DNA of 64,000 bases. Source: Hydrolagus colliei (Eukaryota). Below the pieces are notes generated by a model, which was given only the letters and a program-made list of their open reading frames with translations, did not search any database and was not told the DNA's origin. Location of the stretch: assembly GCA_035084275.1 (NCBI GenBank), contig CM068742.1, positions 103,602,001 to 103,666,000 on the forward strand. The letters are read 5' to 3'. The position numbers were made by a program, and so were the translations under genes. Of this stretch, positions 39,241 through 52,812 are shown one piece after another (positions within the stretch are counted from its first letter, which is position 1; each line of letters starts with the position of its first letter).

Positions 39241-42200
39241 TCTTCTTATTGTTGATGAGATTATTCTTCACTATAGATGTGCTTTGCCAAAGGTGCATCA
39301 CATAAAGCTGCACTGAATGTTTATCCAAAAAACGGCAGTCAGGTTGCACAGCATCCTTTAGTTCACTGACTATAAGCGTTGAAGCAAAGACCTTTGGGGG
39401 AGGTTTTGAGGAAAATAAATTGCCATAACAGCCGCCTTTAAACAGATAGCAGAGCTTTAGAGAAGGACACATGATTCACATAAATGCACTGCTGGCTCGA
39501 TAAATAATGCACGATGTTCATGCTTTCCTGAACAACAGAGCGGTTCCAGTTATTAAAAAGTATGCAGTGTCCGTTTGCCAAATTGCCATTAAACAAATAC
39601 CTAGAACATGTTTAGACAAGTGCTGTTCAGTCACTTAGGTCACAACTGAGGAGCCTTTCCCTTCTCAGTATCTAAAACGACTGCAAATCCAGTCAAATTA
39701 GCAATTATGGAAACAACAGAGCTATTGTCTTCAGCCCATCACGTAGAACGGGCCAGATTTGAATCAATGTTTTATTCTAGAGATAAAAACATGTTGGTAT
39801 AGCTGCATTTTCATAAAAGCTGTTCTCAAAGACAGACTGAGCTGTTGAGAATTTAATCGGACAGATATAAGTTATGACAACCTTGAGCTCACAGTTTTAC
39901 CGTGCTATTTTATGGACTCTTCCTGATGTTTTCAATCACTTCGTCCAAAAGCCATTCAAATGCATAGGTTATGGCAGAGAGTAAAACAGACTGGAATACA
40001 GAAGAATGCATGAAATTAAATACCGCATGTTGGTAATTTATAGCTGATGCTTGCCAATTCAGTCAAGATTATCGGCAAAGAGATTACCCAGTTACTAGAA
40101 TTACAAAATTCTACGAATGGAGTATCAAGATTAGAGTATCAATCTCACACTGTCTCTCTCTTCCTCTCTCTATCTCATTGTTATACAGTATTTAGAGAAG
40201 GCTTTTTGTGTTTCTTTTAGCAAATATGTATTCAAAGCTCTCCACAGTGGGCTCAAGTCTCCTATAACTGTAAGTCATTCCCATTTTGGGGGAACACGAG
40301 TATTCAATTCAATAAAACTCCATCCCCCACCAATCCCCCCAATCAATTCAACTATTATTATCAATAATAATGTAATAATTCTTACATTTGATATAGCACC
40401 TTATCATGTCAAAGCGCTTTGCGGAGTAAAGTGAATTAACTGTATATTTCATAAACATAGTGAAACATGGGCAAAACGTGGCAGATAATTGCATGCAGCA
40501 TGGATTGCCTGACCAAATTATTATTTTTTAAGGGATTTTGTAAATGATATTCCTAAGCACATTCTGTTAGTTACTGCTGAGTAAAACTGAGGAACATTTT
40601 ATAGAGTGGAAACTGTATTTAGTGACCGGTTTGGCTCTGACTGACCTCCTGTCTTTTGGTAAATGAAACAACACACCATGTACACAAATGCACTGCTGAC
40701 TTGATAAATAATGCATGGTGTTATGCTTTTACATAAAAGGTGCTGTGTAAATGCAGATTATTCCTATTTATTATTAATGCTTTCTCCTATCACGTCCTTC
40801 AGAATGCAGGCAATGGCCTTTAGTTCTCGATTGGTGAGAAGCTCTCAGATTCTAACTTCAGGTCGGAATTCTGTGTAGCTAAAGGAGACTGCTGGTGTCT
40901 GGCATGTGATTGCAATCCACAGGTTTCTAGCCTCTGGCACATCCAGGTACCAATAGGATGCAAATACAATGTTCACTCGATCTGTAGCTGTTAGGGACAT
41001 TACTGTGTGGAAATTGCTTGCTCTGTTTGCCCACAAAATACAGGGTCACTACACTTCACAGTATATCCTGCAAACGGCCTTGGAGATATCCTCCTGATGT
41101 GAAAAACACTTGACAATTGCAATGACCTGCTACAATGCAAAAAAGGATGCTTCACAAAAAGTATTTTTGCTGCTACAATCTCCTTTTTAATCTGAGTTTT
41201 CAGTTGTTTGCATTATGGCAAATAATAAACCTTGCATTTTGCATTATATTTTATCATGTCAATGAAATGTCTGAAAGGACTACACACAATTTACCTCAAA
41301 ATATTCAAGGCAAAAACTACATACAGAATACAATTTGCATACAGTAATGTACCACAAACAGCTATAAAATGAAATATGTTTAACTAGTGGATTGTTGACA
41401 AAGGTACTGAAAGGACGAGACTTCCTTCTTTGTTTGCATGGGATCTCTCACTTCCACTGAACAGGCAGATGGGACCTCAAATTTAATATCTAATCTGAAA
41501 TAATGATGGCTATTTGAGAAGGGAGTTTCTCCTGGTGTCCTGGCCAATAATCCTTGACAGATCTGCTGACAGATTTAACCTCTGACAGATCAAATTGGTT
41601 ATTTCCTTCATGGCTGTTGGTGGGAAATGGGGATGTGTAAATCAGGTGCTGTATTCACTTACGAGCACACAATTATTACACTTCACAGAAAGTTTGTGAA
41701 GCACTTTGAGATGGTCTTGACATTATAGGTACAATATCATTTGCAAGATTCTAAGCAATAGAGTCTATGTGTTTCGATGAAAAAGCTGGAGAAACATAAA
41801 CTCACAGTGCAGTTAGGCAGTACATTTCAACTTCTGTTTCCTTATATAATCAGCATTAATTTTTTTTATAGCATGCATTTTAACCATTATCCCACAACTG
41901 TTTTTAATATAAAAAAGACACTTGGATTGCCACCATTGTTGGATCTATTGCTTGTTCTGCAGAAGAAAGAAGCTCAGTGAAAGTCTAGGATATCAGAGCA
42001 TTGTATTTACCTGTACAGATGGTAAGTATTAATAGGAATAAGTATTCTTTGAATCTGCAGCCAAAAATGCTAAATCTTTCTTTTACAGTAACGTGAAATA
42101 TCAGGGGAATAGAAGAATGTTATGGCTACATTCAACGTAATTCAACAGCATTCTGTAAAACCTATTAAAAATTAAGTGCTTAAAATGCTACAGTGACTGT

Positions 42201-43419
42201 GAACTGAGGTCAGCTGCCTAGAGATTTTCCCCTTGAAATGATATTTAAATTTTGATGAAAAAGTCACAAGGGACATCATTTGATAGTGAAATGGCTTGTG
42301 GCAGGATGTCTAATGATAACCTAACAGTAATGACCCTTTGTCGAGAGTGTCGTTAACTCCTTTGAAGAAGAATTCATGCGCGACAAACAGTTGAAGTTGA
42401 CAATGTTTCATTATCAATGCCAATGTGCAACTGGTAAGGCATATTTTATGAAGAATAAAGCTGAAGCACTGATTTTATTTCTCTCTCTATATATACATTT
42501 TTAGTGCTCAAGTTGGAATGAACACACATCTAGGAGTGTGCCATGAAATGAACGACTCTCCAAACCTGTTATCTTTTTCATAACTTGTATGAATGGCCTC
42601 GCCCCATCCCTACCACTTGTAACCTCCTGTGTTCTTTACTGCCACTGTTGCTTCCTCCACTAAGCAACACTGGCCTGTGTAACATCCCACACCCAATCTG
42701 TCCCACCATTGGCAGGTGAGTACTCAGCAGTTCTGCCCCCACTCTCTGGAACTCCATCCCGGAGACCCTCTGCGCTCACCTTCCTTACTCTCCTGCCTTA
42801 AGATCTATTTTTTTGACAGTACATCAGCCCCCTTTCCACCACCATTTTACTCTCAAGTGCAGTGACTGTATTTTGTGGGCAATCATGGCATCTAATTTTC
42901 ACATAAAACAATGCCACCAAATGCCATCAAGTGATTGAACATTTTGATTTGGGGGATTGTTGTTGAGGACACAGGGAGAAACTCCTTTCTTTTTACAAAT
43001 AGCGTCCTATAATATTTAATAATAATAATCCTTGCATTTGATAAAGTGCTTTTCACGTCTTATTGACGTCTCAAAGCACTTCACAGAATATACTGTAAAG
43101 TGGATTGACTGTACATTTGTGGGTGAAACATCTAACCTGACCAGGCAGTAGGACTTCAGTTTAACATCTAAAAGATGGCACCTCTGACAATGTAGCACAG
43201 CCCCAGTACTGTATTAGTTCCTGGTCTGGAATTTGAAAACACAATCACCTGACTCGGATGTGAGAATGCTGCCAACTAAGCCAGGTTGACAAACAACAGA
43301 TACAGTTGCAGATAGAGTGAGTGGTCCTTGTTTATCTGCTACAGCTTTATATTTAGTCCTGAATCAATCATCAGTGCCACTCAATCAACAAGGACGTGGG
43401 CAAAATAAGTGGAGATTAA

Positions 43420-43765
43420 CATGCCTCTATGACTCCTATCAACCTGCCTGCTCCTTCCGCTCGGCAAGCTCCTTCCTGCTTCTGCCTCACTCGCGCCCTC
43501 ATTGATGAGTGGTCCTTCTGCCTTTCTGCCCTCAGCCCCTGGAACTGCACCCAGCAGTTCTCCCACCTCACTCCATTCCCCATCGCCTCAAGAACCACTT
43601 CAAGGCCCTCCTCTTTAACTGTGCTTTTTATCAACCTCCTTTCCCATCTGCCCTCTACCCTCTCCAGTCTCTACCCTCAGCTCGGGACCAGAATACAGTC
43701 TGTCCAGCACCATCTCTTGATGTAAAAGGTGCTATAAAAATGTAATTTTGTTGTTGTTTTTGTTG
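43420..43765 (+). mobile_element. L2 3' fragment (old)
   Basis: ccctggaactgcaccc...ttcaaggccctcctc...gtaaaaggtgctataaaaatgtaattttgttgttg. Confidence 0.75.
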
Positions 43766-44109
43766 CTCTAACCACTGAGCTACAGGACTCAAGGACTATC
43801 AACATACAGATAAGAATGCAATCCATTAATCAAATCACACAGTGTGAAAAGAAATGGCTCCATGTTGTTTATTTGCAAATCAACACGTTGTATTTATGTA
43901 GCATGTGGGGCAGCACCTCGGAAGGCTTTATCAAAGATATCAACTTTAGGAACTACTGTAACACACTTTGGCAAACAAAGAATCTAATCAGTGCATTGCA
44001 AAATAAAATAAAGTAATGTCCACTTTACAGAGTGGTTGGTATGGTCATTGAGACAGGGAACAATGTTGATTAACATGCATCTCTGACTGTCCTTCCTGCT
44101 CATCATAGA

Positions 44110-44480
44110 GTTGGTCTGGCTCAGTCGGTGGCACTGTTGCCACTGAGTCAGAAGGTTGTGGGTTCAAGACCCATGTTGTGACATGATAGTCCAGGCTGAC
44201 ACTCCACTATATAGTTGGAGGAGCTATCTTTCAGATGAAAAGTTAAACCAAGGTTACATCGGCCTGTTTGGTGGGATGTTAAAGATCCCATAGCACTATT
44301 TGTAAAGAGAAGGGGGTTTCTACTGGTTTTCTAACCAAGTCCTCCAAATAAAATTGGTCACTCATTTCACAGATGTTTGTTGATGATCAACCTCTTTTCC
44401 CATCTGCCCTCTATCCTCTCCAGTCCCTTGGTAAATTGACTGCTGCATCCAAAATGCACAGCCACTTCTCTTTACAGTAG
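44110..44480 (+). mobile_element. Old Deu-domain SINE with a 40-bp foreign insert
   Basis: ggctcagtcggtggcactgttgccactgagtcagaaggttgtgggttcaag...gatgttaaagatcccatagcactattt. Confidence 0.8.
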
Positions 44481-44483
44481 TTT

Positions 44484-44805
44484 GTGGAGCTCCTGTAGCT
44501 CAGTGGTTAGAGCATTCGCCTTACAAGCATGAGACCTGTGTTTCCAATCCAGGCAGGTCAGGGCGACACCTTGGGTAAGTTTTCTTACTCTACATGCCTA
44601 ATAATAATCGGTCCAAAAAGAACCTACAATAAATTAGTCATTTCAATCCATGACTGTTTGTGGGACACTGCTGTGTACAATTGGCTGCTATGTTTCGTCC
44701 ACAAATATACAGTCAATTCACTTTACAGTATATTCTGTGAAGTGCTTTGAGACTTCTAGAAGATGTGAAAAGCGCTACATCAAATGCAAGGATTATTATT
44801 ATTAT
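44484..44805 (+). mobile_element. tRNA-derived SINE (short subfamily)
   Basis: Close copy of 850-1170 and 37265-37587. Confidence 0.9.
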
Positions 44806-47447
44806 TCCTGTGTTACGCTTCAAGATATCTCTATGGCGCGCTAATGAACTATATCAAAATGTGAGGATTATTATTAAATGATTATTTTTATTCTGAGGAC
44901 AAGACTTCAATAACCTTGAACAGGCCCACAAAATCTGGCATTTTCTTCTCTTCTCAGAACAGAGTTGAATCCGTGCCTCGCTCCGGTTGGACTCATACCT
45001 GGGACCATTACTGAGTGGCGGACTGAATTGCTGTGCTCTTGAACTCTCTTGTCCATAGCCTCCATCATATGCATAAGGACAGCCTATAAACAGCCCTCGA
45101 GCCATGATAAATTCCTCATTCCATTCTTGTAGCCAAATCTCCAATGCTATGCGACACTTCACCAAGATCATCTCTGAATTAACCTCATCTGTCTCCTCCA
45201 GTGTCGCAGACATTTTTGACAGGAGGCATTTTTTGCTCTGTCCTTTAACAAGGTATTTTACCTCAGATCTATCTCTTTGTGACAGGAATCATTTTATGTG
45301 GCCATTTTTCAAATTAGGGACATCTGGCAGGATGTTAAAATTGGTGTTAAGGTCCTCTGTTGACCTGGTGGTTATTAGGCAATGTCAGGTGCATCTGCAA
45401 CTCACTTGGTGCAGAAAGTCACAGCTTCACATGTGGATCACAAATGTCACGTCAGTGCAGTAGTTGGGAACATGAACATTGGATTGGACACCACTTTCCC
45501 AGGGAAAGATGCAGTGTCTAGATGATGTGTGACAGTGAACGTTGGTGAGGATAGGATCAGCCTCCATTGGAATGCCCCCAGATTTTTTGTTGGGGGAGGT
45601 CTGACACATGTGGACAGCCATTACCATGCTTAAGAGAGTCAAAAACAAACAGAGAAGTCCATGCATCCCAGGTACATGTGGAAATCCAAGGATGTTTATT
45701 GGAATGAAATGCGTACTCTCTCCCTGGAGGGATGCATCCTGCTTACCTAATTCCAGAATGTATTAGGCGCAACTTAGTTGGAACTAAGTCTTGAGGACCC
45801 CAGAGTGTGTGTAGGGGTAACTGCTGGACTTTATTCATGCCCCCAGAGGTCGACTATTCTGCCAACACTCACAATTGTGTCTCACTCATGAATAATGGTG
45901 AGTTAAATACTTTCAGCAAAGAAAGAAAAAAGGGGAGAATATTGCAGGGGAAAAAAAATTGGCAGCCGTCCCCCCACCACCACCAACTTTCAATGCAATT
46001 AAAAAATAGTATAAAGACCCAACTCAATAAGGTAGACTATTTTTATTTCTGGTTGACACCCACAGAATGCTTTCTCCTTTTTTGCAGATCATGTGTATAG
46101 ACACTGGAAACGCACCATTACATGCCTGAGTGTGACTTTGCCATGTCAAAGATGAGATCCATGTTTTATGCAACCCCCACCTCTCTGTTTCTCTCTCCAC
46201 ATGATAAAGTATGCCAGACATGTTCTTCTATATAAAAGACAGCACCCTTTTTTTAAACCTTCCGGGTCATTCCTGCTACAATCCATCACTGTTCCTTGTG
46301 CACAGTAAAACTGTGTTTTAAAAAATATGTAAAATCTGGTTCTGATTTTCAACCAAACGCACAATATAAAACAAGGCTAGTTGCTCAGGTATTCCAGATC
46401 ACATGCCACCTCATGGGAAATGAAATTAGAATTATTGAATGACAGATCTTAAATTGTGCTTTCTGAAGTAAAATAGTATCTGGCAGGTATCCTTACAGAG
46501 CGCTGCCAATGAGACATCTGGAGAGGATTTCTCCCCTCTGTTTTAGTTTTTTTTCTCTTCCCCCATCCTTCCAGCAAATGTCATTCAAAAATTTCTGAAG
46601 ATCATACTTCTATCATACCTTTAAAGGTCTGATATACCAGACGCCTCTTGGGATACATGTCAATGGCTCTGAATCGTTTCTTCTCAGACATGGCTAAGCT
46701 TCCCCAGATGTCACAGAACAGCGTGTGTTTTTTTTATTTCAGTTTCTAGTAGTAAAGACGTTACCTTTCATCGTATTCATTCAGAATGATAGGACATCAG
46801 CCTGAAACATCTGACCAGAGGAAGCCTTGTTTTTGTTTCTGTACGCAAATCGAAGTTAGGAAGCGGTGCGGGGAGTGTGTGTATCTGTGGGAGGGGGTGG
46901 GGAGTGGACTTGGGGGAGACAAATAATAAATTGTCTTTCTTTCAACTGGGACGATTGGATCTAGATTCAGAGCAAAATGTTTTGGTTAGCATAGCGGCTG
47001 CTATTTATCACGATTCACCTACATGAAACCTCATTGGCCATGTAAATTGAATTCGGGCTGTGAAATGCTGTTTTCTGGAACTGCGCATTATTGGCTCATG
47101 CTCTGGATGAACACTTAGAGAAGCCTTGTATTTCGATGAGGAGAGTAACACAATACAAAAAAACAAAATATGAGAGACTAGACATAATTCCATCCATATG
47201 GATAAAGATTAGATTGCCCTCCGATTTACTAAACATAGTTTTTATGGCTGGTTTAAAAAAATATTTAAAGAGAAATTCCATTCTAATTCAAATTATGGGT
47301 ATGTTTTGCTTCTGGCTGTAGAATGTTACCAATGCCAGATATATGAAGGATGAGCAAAGAACTAAAATAGGATTGGGCTTTTAAAGGCTCTTCATGGTTT
47401 CTACCTGTTCATAACCTAGAACAGAACTGTAGGCTGGCAAAGTTTTT

Positions 47448-48185
47448 TCAACAACAAGAACTTTGATTTATATAGCGCCCTCCATGCCAGATGGCGTCTC
47501 AGAGCGCTTCACAGTAGCGGATACCAGGACCGAGCCAGGAGCAGGGGCAGGAAGGTGACCAAAAGCTCGGTTGAAGAGAAAGGTCTTCAACTGTGACCTG
47601 AAACTGGGAAGAGAGGGGGCGAGGCGAAGCGAGTGAGGAAGGGAGTTCCAGAGCCTCGGGGCGTAGTGGCTAAAGGCACGGCCACCGAGGGTGGAGCGGA
47701 GGACGCGGGGGACATGGAGGAGGCCAGACCCAGAGGAATGAAGGCAGCGGGTGCTGGGTTGGGGGGAGAGGAGATCAGAGAGATAGGGGGGGTGCAGAGG
47801 AGTGGAGGGATTTGAAAACAAGGGTGAGGATCTTGAAGTCGATCCTCTCTGGGATAGGGAGCCAGTGAAGTCTGGCAAGAATTGGGGTAATGGGGGAGCG
47901 AAGCTTAGAGCGGGTGAGTATGTGGGCGGCAGAGTTCTGGATAAGCTGGATTTTGTGGATTGTGGTGGAGGGGAGACCGGCGATGAGGGAGTTGCAATAG
48001 TCCAGCCGAGAGGTGACAAAGGCGTGGACCAAGGTTTCGGCGGCTTTTAAGGTGAGGTATTGCCGGAGACGGGCGATCCGTCGGAAGTGGTAGAAGGCAG
48101 TGCTGGTGATGGATCGGATGTGGGGGAGGATGGACAGTTGGGGATCAAACCTGATTCCAAGGTTGCGCACAGGTTCGGTGAGTGA
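47448..48185 (-). mobile_element. L2 LINE family A, 3' ~740 bp
   Basis: Translates RNLGIRFDPQLS...AETLVHAFVTSRLDYCNSL..GLP...LQLIQNSAA-like, [21 protein letters not shown]; highly similar to 20530-21270. Confidence 0.95.
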
Positions 48186-51100
48186 CAGTGCTGCCCTTTG
48201 TTATCTATGTTTTGACCACAAAATATACAGTTAATTCGCTTTATAGTAAATTCTGTGAAGCACTTTGAGGCGTTCAACGATGTGATAAGTTGGTATATCA
48301 AATGCAAAGCTTATTATTACTACTGAGTGCTTTCTGCTCAAGTCCTGCACCAAAAACCTCCTCCTTCACTGAAGTGAGAACTCGAAGGGAAATCAAAGTG
48401 AGAAATTTCAACATGGCTTGCTCTAGCTACAGCCACAGTGGATAACTTAACCCTATAGTGGAACATGCTTCAGCACAAATCAAAGCTATCCTGTGTGGAT
48501 CTATGGACCTAGCGAACCTTAAGGGGGCAAAATCGCAAACTGTGACATGCTACAACAAGAACAACAACAACAAAATAGCGCCTTTTACGTCAGGAGGATG
48601 TCTCAAGGCACTGGATAGTCATTTTTGATCCTGTGCTAATGTGTTAACAGAACAAAAAAAGGAATTAGGATGATATTGTCCCACAGACAGACATCCAATG
48701 GCAGTTTTGGGGCCTAACCATGCTCATGGAATCATATAGGTGTCTTTAGGTATCAATTGTCTGGAGCGCGTTGATGAACAATGGGATATTTAGTGCCAGT
48801 GTGGGTTGACATATCGTACATAGCAATTTGTACCCCTTTGTTTCTTGTATGTATAAAGGGAAATCACATCATAAACCTGAATTCAGTTTTCAGTATATTT
48901 AGTGATCAGCCTTTGTTACACCCCATTGTAGCAGTCTAATCCAGGTAGCCTGTTAGATTAAGCAACGTAAAGAATAAAAATATACTCCAGAGTGATCTGC
49001 AACTAAGATTTTGGGACATTAGTGTCTCTAAAGGCTAAAAAGAGCAATCCTTTGCTCCGCACTTATAATTACTTCCTCTTCAAAGATTTAAGTGCTTTGA
49101 GATGCCATTGGCATGAAGGGTGCTAGACAAATGCAAGTTGTTGTTGTTGTTGGCTTATCTCTTTGACTGTGCCTTTGTTCAACCCCACACATCCCATCCC
49201 CACCACACACACACGCACACCCAGCCCTCTCCGGCTCCCAGACAGCTGTGCAAAATACTTTGGAACATCTGCTTAATGTGAAAGGTGCTACAGGAAATGT
49301 ACTGTGTACCATATTGTAATTTGAAAACATGTTAATAGTACTGCATTACTGTTTTTTTTTGATAAGCGCACAATTGTGATAATAATCATAATAATAATCC
49401 TTATATTTGATACAGTGCCTTATCACATTGTTGAGATGTCTCAGAGTGCTTCACAGGATATACTGTGAAGTGTAGTGACTGTGAAATATTTCTTGTTGAT
49501 GAAATGAGGCAGAACTTTTGGCACAGCAGTGTCCCACAAACAGTTGTGGATTGCATTCTATGCAGTCATTTTGTATAGTCACTTGCTGCGTCCATCCTCA
49601 TTAAGATGTCTCACCGAACATAGCAACAGATCTTTATCTGCCGTGTTTGTGCTCACACACACACAAACACACACACCGATCCCTCTGAGACGGCTAACCA
49701 CAGTTAAAAGTGCAAATGGAGAGGGAATGGAAGAGTCAAATAGCGATTGATAATAATAATAAACCTTGAGTTTGATACAGTGCCTTATCATGTCTTCAAA
49801 ATGTCTCATAACTCTCCACAGACTGTAATATGATAGTAATAAAATAAATTTGCTGCACATTTAATCTGTCCCACATTGTATTTAGTTTGGAAGTGCAGTG
49901 TTGTTGTGGCAATATTAGAAACATTCATGATTAATCTAACCCTTTTTTTTACTCAGTTCTGCGGGACGCAATGTGGAAACTGTTTCCTTCCCAATCAACC
50001 CCGGCATTGATCAGCGTGAATACATGAACACCACCTCAACATCACCCGGCCTTATGTTACAACTGCTCAAAGCAAATTCTTTATTGCAACATTGTAATAA
50101 TTTCAGATAAATATTTGGATTGAACGATGATTGATAGTCTTAGAAAATATTTGTGGCATTTGCATTTTTCATCTCGTATTATTCAAAAGGAAATAAAAAC
50201 AATCTGTGGGCAGAATGGTCTGCGTTGCCAACATTCCTCAAGGAGCACACAATAAGTGGACCAGCCTCAAGTGTTATACAGCAGCTTGTGTGATAAGACA
50301 GATGACACTGGAGGATCAGATGTGGGAAAACTCAAAATGACTCAGTCTGCGTGTAAGCCTAGCCCCAACCACGTATCATGATGTGACGCCCGTAATATTT
50401 CTATTTGCATTTCACACCGATTACCAGTCAATTGAGAATCAATTATCTGATGTGAGTGTCCGTGTGCATGTGCAAAATAAATTCCCAATGACATCACCTG
50501 GAACAGGCTACAATCCACTCGGTCAGTTTAATCTCTTTTTAAGTTAAATTAAAACATGTTTTTTTCCATTTTTGTCCACAAGATACATGGTCAATCGACT
50601 TTATAATATATTCTCTGAAGGGATTTGAGATGTTTCAACAATGTGATAAAAGGCTATGTCAAATGCAGGGATTATTATTTAATTCTCACTTAACATAAAA
50701 ATGTTATCAAATTTTTCAGGGAATTTTACAGCATAGCCAGTCACTCCATTGTATGTGTGTCACCTCCCTGTAGAGGCTGTGCTTTACTCGCAAAGATTCC
50801 CCCTGCTCCCCCATACCCTTTCATGTTTTTCCTTTTCAAATATTTGTTTTTGAACTGTTCGTTGAATTGTGCTTCAAACAGAATGTTGGTAAAGCTGTGG
50901 AACATGTTCAGTATTTTTTAGCCTTCAGGATCTTGTTAGTTCAATACAGGTCTCCTTTGTGCCTTCGTTTCCACAGTGGTAAAATTCACAACTCCCATTG
51001 TCTCTCCTCTCAACTTAGGTGCCTAACCAGCTATCAATTTACTTGCCCTTGTTTCTACCTTCACCATTATGGTTATGTCCCACTTGTACTGGAAATAGGT

Positions 51101-51264
51101 GTGTAAGGATTATACGGGACCAGAAAGGTCCACTCCGTCCAGACCAGCCATCCAGCCACCCCTCAATCTATTCCTTTGTTAAGTACGTGTCTGATTTTGT
51201 TTAACATGTACCCTCTGCATTGGATGGTAACCTCTCCCCCTGTGGGGAAGAACCTTAAGAGATC

Positions 51265-51550
51265 ATAAGATCAATTTGGATGAAGAAGGCCCTTAGGACC
51301 ATCCAATCTCATGCCCCCAGAATCCTTACCTGACCATCTCATCAAAAACAGCATCAAACTGCTTTTTAAATGCATCCAGTATGCTGATCAATACCACCTT
51401 TCATGGCAACCTGTTCCAGTTGTGATTTTACCCTTTGAATAAAGAAAAATATCCTGGTATTGTCCTGAAATTACCCTTTGTAACTCTAAATTTACGTTCT
51501 CTTGTTCTATTGCTTTGGTGCATCCTAAAGTATTGCTCTTTTAATTCCTA
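51265..51550 (-). mobile_element. CR1-like fragment, degraded
   Basis: gctttttaaatgcatccagt...accacctttcatggcaacctgttccag, reverse complement of CR1 3' region. Confidence 0.55.
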
Positions 51551-52812
51551 TTAAAAAATATTATACTGTTCTCAGTTCCTCTGCACAGCCAAGAGGAATC
51601 TGAGAGTTGGAAACTGGTGAAATGGTGAGCCACATCTGCAGCCCACCACTCCATATTGCAGGTTGCTAAATGCAGCAATCATTCAGCTACATCTTGAAAT
51701 TGTAACTACCATTATACCAATGCAGAATCCAAGTCTGCTTACGCGTCAAGCACGAATATCATAACTTTGGCTAAGGTTGCAACATTTTGCTGCCTTAGCC
51801 CTTACAACTTAATATACAAACAGTTTCCATGATGTTAGCAACTAATCAGGCCCTCTCCAACGCCATATTCGATGGTCACATCGAGAACATAGCATGTCAT
51901 AGATTAGACGTCCAGCTCACACATCATTACATTGGACTGCCAGTGAACGGGACACGGATGTTTTGGTTCAGTGACTCACAACCTAACAGTCTAAGCCACA
52001 ATGTTGGTGAATTCTTGGCATAAACATTGTGGGAGACAGCCATCCAGTCAGGATGTTAGTTATTAATCAGGGTGTCTTTTCAATGCATGTGTTAATTAGT
52101 ATATCATGGCAGTGCAATACTCATTCCTTTGTGTTTTTGACCCAACCTGATTAGACTATTGGATAAAAATAAAACTGAACACATAAATTCTGGAACAACA
52201 GCAGCAATTGCCAATACATAGAGGAAGAAGGGATAGCTCTATGGTGGAGGGGAGGAAGGATCCATCCACTCTGAAAGAAAAAGTTTATTCCGAAAGCAGT
52301 GTACTGTATATGGTGAAATCTACCAAGTGCTACAGTCATACATTAAAACTAATTATAACATATTTCCAAATATTTATAAAAGGATTTTCCATGAAAAACT
52401 TGCAATGAAAAGATTGATAGTGCTTGGGATCAGGACACAATGGATAGATTTCTGTGTCATACTCTGTACAAGACATCCCAGATACGCACCAGAAAAAGAA
52501 ACTCAACAAGTCTCAAGGTTCGGAGCAGAACAAGATCAGTTGACTATTATTTCCTTTCAACCTGAAAGGACATGGAAATCAATATCAGTGGTGGTATGAG
52601 GAGACCCACAACATGATACAGCCAGCTCGCTGCTATTCTGGGAAACTCTGTTTGGTGGGAGTGATGGAAGGATTGTATAACTATGAGTCTACTCTCTCTC
52701 TGCTCTCAGGATTGACTGGCTGAGCGAAGCATCTGTATAAACATCGAGTGGTGACGACCAACCCTTAAGTAGAAAGATCCTGCGGAGAGAAAAGGCCGCT
52801 TTGGGCACTTAC

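Larger units (their letters stand above)
1..52812 (-). other. GLIS3: GLIS3 intron downstream of the large exon (runs off the window)
   Basis: Begins with GTAAGT donor. The next expected exon (FEGC.[22 protein letters not shown]...) was not recognised in the window. Repeat-rich and AT-rich. Confidence 0.75.

Noticed and set aside
45285-45430. In-frame TGA codons near cysteines as selenocysteine
   Set aside because: No recognisable selenoprotein motif or SECIS seen; more simply stops in non-coding or decayed sequence.
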